Position numbers and translations under genes: made by a program
Notes under the pieces: generated by a model
The model's database searches: none
What the model saw: the letters and a program-made list of their open reading frames with translations, nothing else
Told to the model about the DNA's origin: nothing
Assembly (NCBI GenBank): GCA_963543945.1
Contig: CAUUCN010000001.1
Coordinates: forward strand, 1,118-65,117
Length of the DNA: 64,000 bases
Source: an uncultured Candidatus Saccharibacteria bacterium
Lineage (GTDB): Bacteria > Patescibacteriota > Saccharimonadia > Saccharimonadales > Saccharimonadaceae
Direction: 5' to 3'
In this document: one piece after another, positions 62,638-64,000 of the stretch
How positions within the stretch are numbered: the first letter of the stretch is position 1
Layout of the letters: each line of letters begins with the position of its first letter

Positions 62638-63561
62638 TTAGATCGTAGTATTAATGAAATCTGTCATATTAAAATAGAATTCCTGAAGTTTTTTTGCTCT
62701 TTCAGCAATTAGCTTCGGATTATCATCGGTATAAATATTATCGATATAGTGACTATGCTGTGCGACTCTATCCATATTAAAACCAGAGATATATAGCTTT
62801 AGGTCGGGTCTCTCTGGATAATAAAGCTGGATAGGGTCTTTTGTGTGAGCGATATTTTCGTTCCACCAGGTAGCACTTTCTTTGTTGATAAATGAAGTAT
62901 CTCTTGCTTCTTCCCACCATTTTTCATTAAAATACGCATGTTTATGCCAGTATCCATCCATATAATACATGGGTGCATAAATTGCTTTATGGTATTCCCA
63001 GCAGCCTTGCGGATCAAATGTAACTACAATTTCAACTTCTGGCACTAATCCAATTAGTTGCATAATTGATTCATCTGAAACTTTTTTCCGAAATATGATA
63101 TCGTTGTCTGTTGAAAATAATCTTACTCCGGTATTATCCCATGTGAATGGGCCATTTAGGTATGGATTATTCCAATCTTTGAGATTAAAATTACTGGTGA
63201 CAACATTGTTTTCGGTAGAATTATTATTGTCGGAATATTCAACTGCAACGTACCCGAGGCTATTTGCCCAGGCTTTATAGTCAAATTGCCCGTCAGCGAA
63301 ACGCTGATAGAGACGCCAGTTATATTTGTCGAATTGGCGACCTTCAGCAATTAACTGCTGTGCTGGATACTGGTATTTACCAGTATCGTACTGGATATCA
63401 CTTTGAACTTCCTTGTTCGCAGTAGTATCGGTGGAGCTTTGTCCGCTTTGGTTGGCACTGGGCTTCAAACCCAAAACACCAGCATCAGCGGCAAATGCAT
63501 TCACAGTTGATAAAGATAAAACTGCTACAGCCAACATTGCTACAATACTTTTTTTAATCAT
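62638..63561 (-). CDS. Secreted hypothetical protein
   Basis: Signal peptide MIKKSIVAMLAVAVLSLSTVNAFA; Trp/Tyr-rich; no family recognised. Confidence 0.75.
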   Translation of the reverse strand: MIKKSIVAMLAVAVLSLSTVNAFAADAGVLGLKPSANQSGQSSTDTTANKEVQSDIQYDTGKYQYPAQQLIAEGRQFDKYNWRLYQRFADGQFDYKAWANSLGYVAVEYSDNNNSTENNVVTSNFNLKDWNNPYLNGPFTWDNTGVRLFSTDNDIIFRKKVSDESIMQLIGLVPEVEIVVTFDPQGCWEYHKAIYAPMYYMDGYWHKHAYFNEKWWEEARDTSFINKESATWWNENIAHTKDPIQLYYPERPDLKLYISGFNMDRVAQHSHYIDNIYTDDNPKLIAERAKKLQEFYFNMTDFINTTI

Positions 63562-63645
63562 AATTCACCTCTTTCTAAAAAGGGCTATCCTGGTATGACC
63601 AGAATAGCAAGTGTAAGTTATTCGGGGTATACCAAATCTGCCGAC

Positions 63646-63674
63646 ATTATATAACATTTATGGTTATATGTCAA
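63646..63674 (-). promoter_or_regulatory. Sigma70-type promoter TTGACA-17-TATAAT
   Basis: The region 63662-63723 is homologous to the B1 promoter region 34576-34640, including CTCAAGTGCAAC 20 nt upstream of -35. Confidence 0.65.
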
Positions 63675-63786
63675 TCATAATCCTAAGTTAATATCTCAAG
63701 TGCAACCATAAGCACCAAAAAGAGATATTAATTGTTTTTTGGTGTGTTAGTAAAATTGAAGATTTAATGAATGTGATGAGAAGACT

Positions 63787-64000
63787 TTAGTCGGTATATT
63801 CAAATAAAAGTGTACCAAATGTTTGCTCTTTTGAAGCACTGTTTTTGACTGGTACTTCACGTTGAAGAACGAATTCGAGTTTTATAAACTCGTTATTATT
63901 AAATTTTAAAAGATGTGGATAGACTTCGAAGTCAAAATCGAGATAGTCGGCATCAATTAAGACATATTTTTTCTCATTTTTATCGCGAAAAAGATAAACC
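63787..64000 (-). CDS. Hypothetical protein, C-terminal 70 codons (start beyond the window end)
   Basis: Hand translation of the minus strand from 63999 is open to TAA at 63787-63789 (..YLFRDKNEKKYVLIDADYLDFDFEVYPHLLKF..). Confidence 0.5.
   Translation of the reverse strand, partial: VYLFRDKNEKKYVLIDADYLDFDFEVYPHLLKFNNNEFIKLEFVLQREVPVKNSASKEQTFGTLLFEYTD

Overview
Bacterial chromosomal window with about 40-45% GC in coding DNA by eye and very AT-rich spacers. No rRNA, CRISPR array, integrase or transposase was recognised. The gene content is an arginine deiminase operon, a sortase, tandem BspA-like surface proteins, Lys-rich extensions on L1, SecE and L33, and many TATAAT-N6-9-ATG starts. This fits a reduced-genome Gram-positive-like or CPR organism of the Saccharibacteria (TM7) type, but the taxonomy is inference only. 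The window has three parts. (1) 1-24.6 kb is mostly core. It holds two BspA-like genes, rplA-rplK, an arcA-arcB-transporter-arcC operon plus an HD gene lying between nusG and rplK, secE-nusG, rarA, ppa, a GH97 glycosidase, a sortase, tRNA-Trp, rpmG, and a Y-family polymerase with a YolD-like gene. (2) 24.6-51 kb is an accessory block of about 33 genes built from at least five paralog families, each unit with its own near-consensus TTGACA-17-TATAAT promoter and hairpin terminator. It contains six proteins combining alpha-CTD-like helix-hairpin-helix and sigma70-region-4-like segments, and a roughly 435-nt ORF-free, hairpin-rich, promoter-to-terminator unit (candidate novel structured RNA). It also contains two copies of a roughly 52-nt promoter-plus-hairpin sRNA, and a run of conflict- or repair-type enzymes (ADP-ribosylglycohydrolase, small alarmone hydrolase-like HD, NYN, Imm33/DUF2185, and a CCA/poly(A)-type nucleotidyltransferase with an Asp/Tyr-rich tract). 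A roughly 0.5-kb high-GC patch looks horizontally acquired. (3) 51-64 kb holds tRNA-Thr(GGU) and tRNA-Tyr, small hydrolase genes, a tRNA-Thr(UGU) with a non-canonical elbow and a duplicated 3' end, then core genes (TPR, holB-like, rluD-like) and large secreted proteins. All product calls come from motif recognition by eye. No database search was run.
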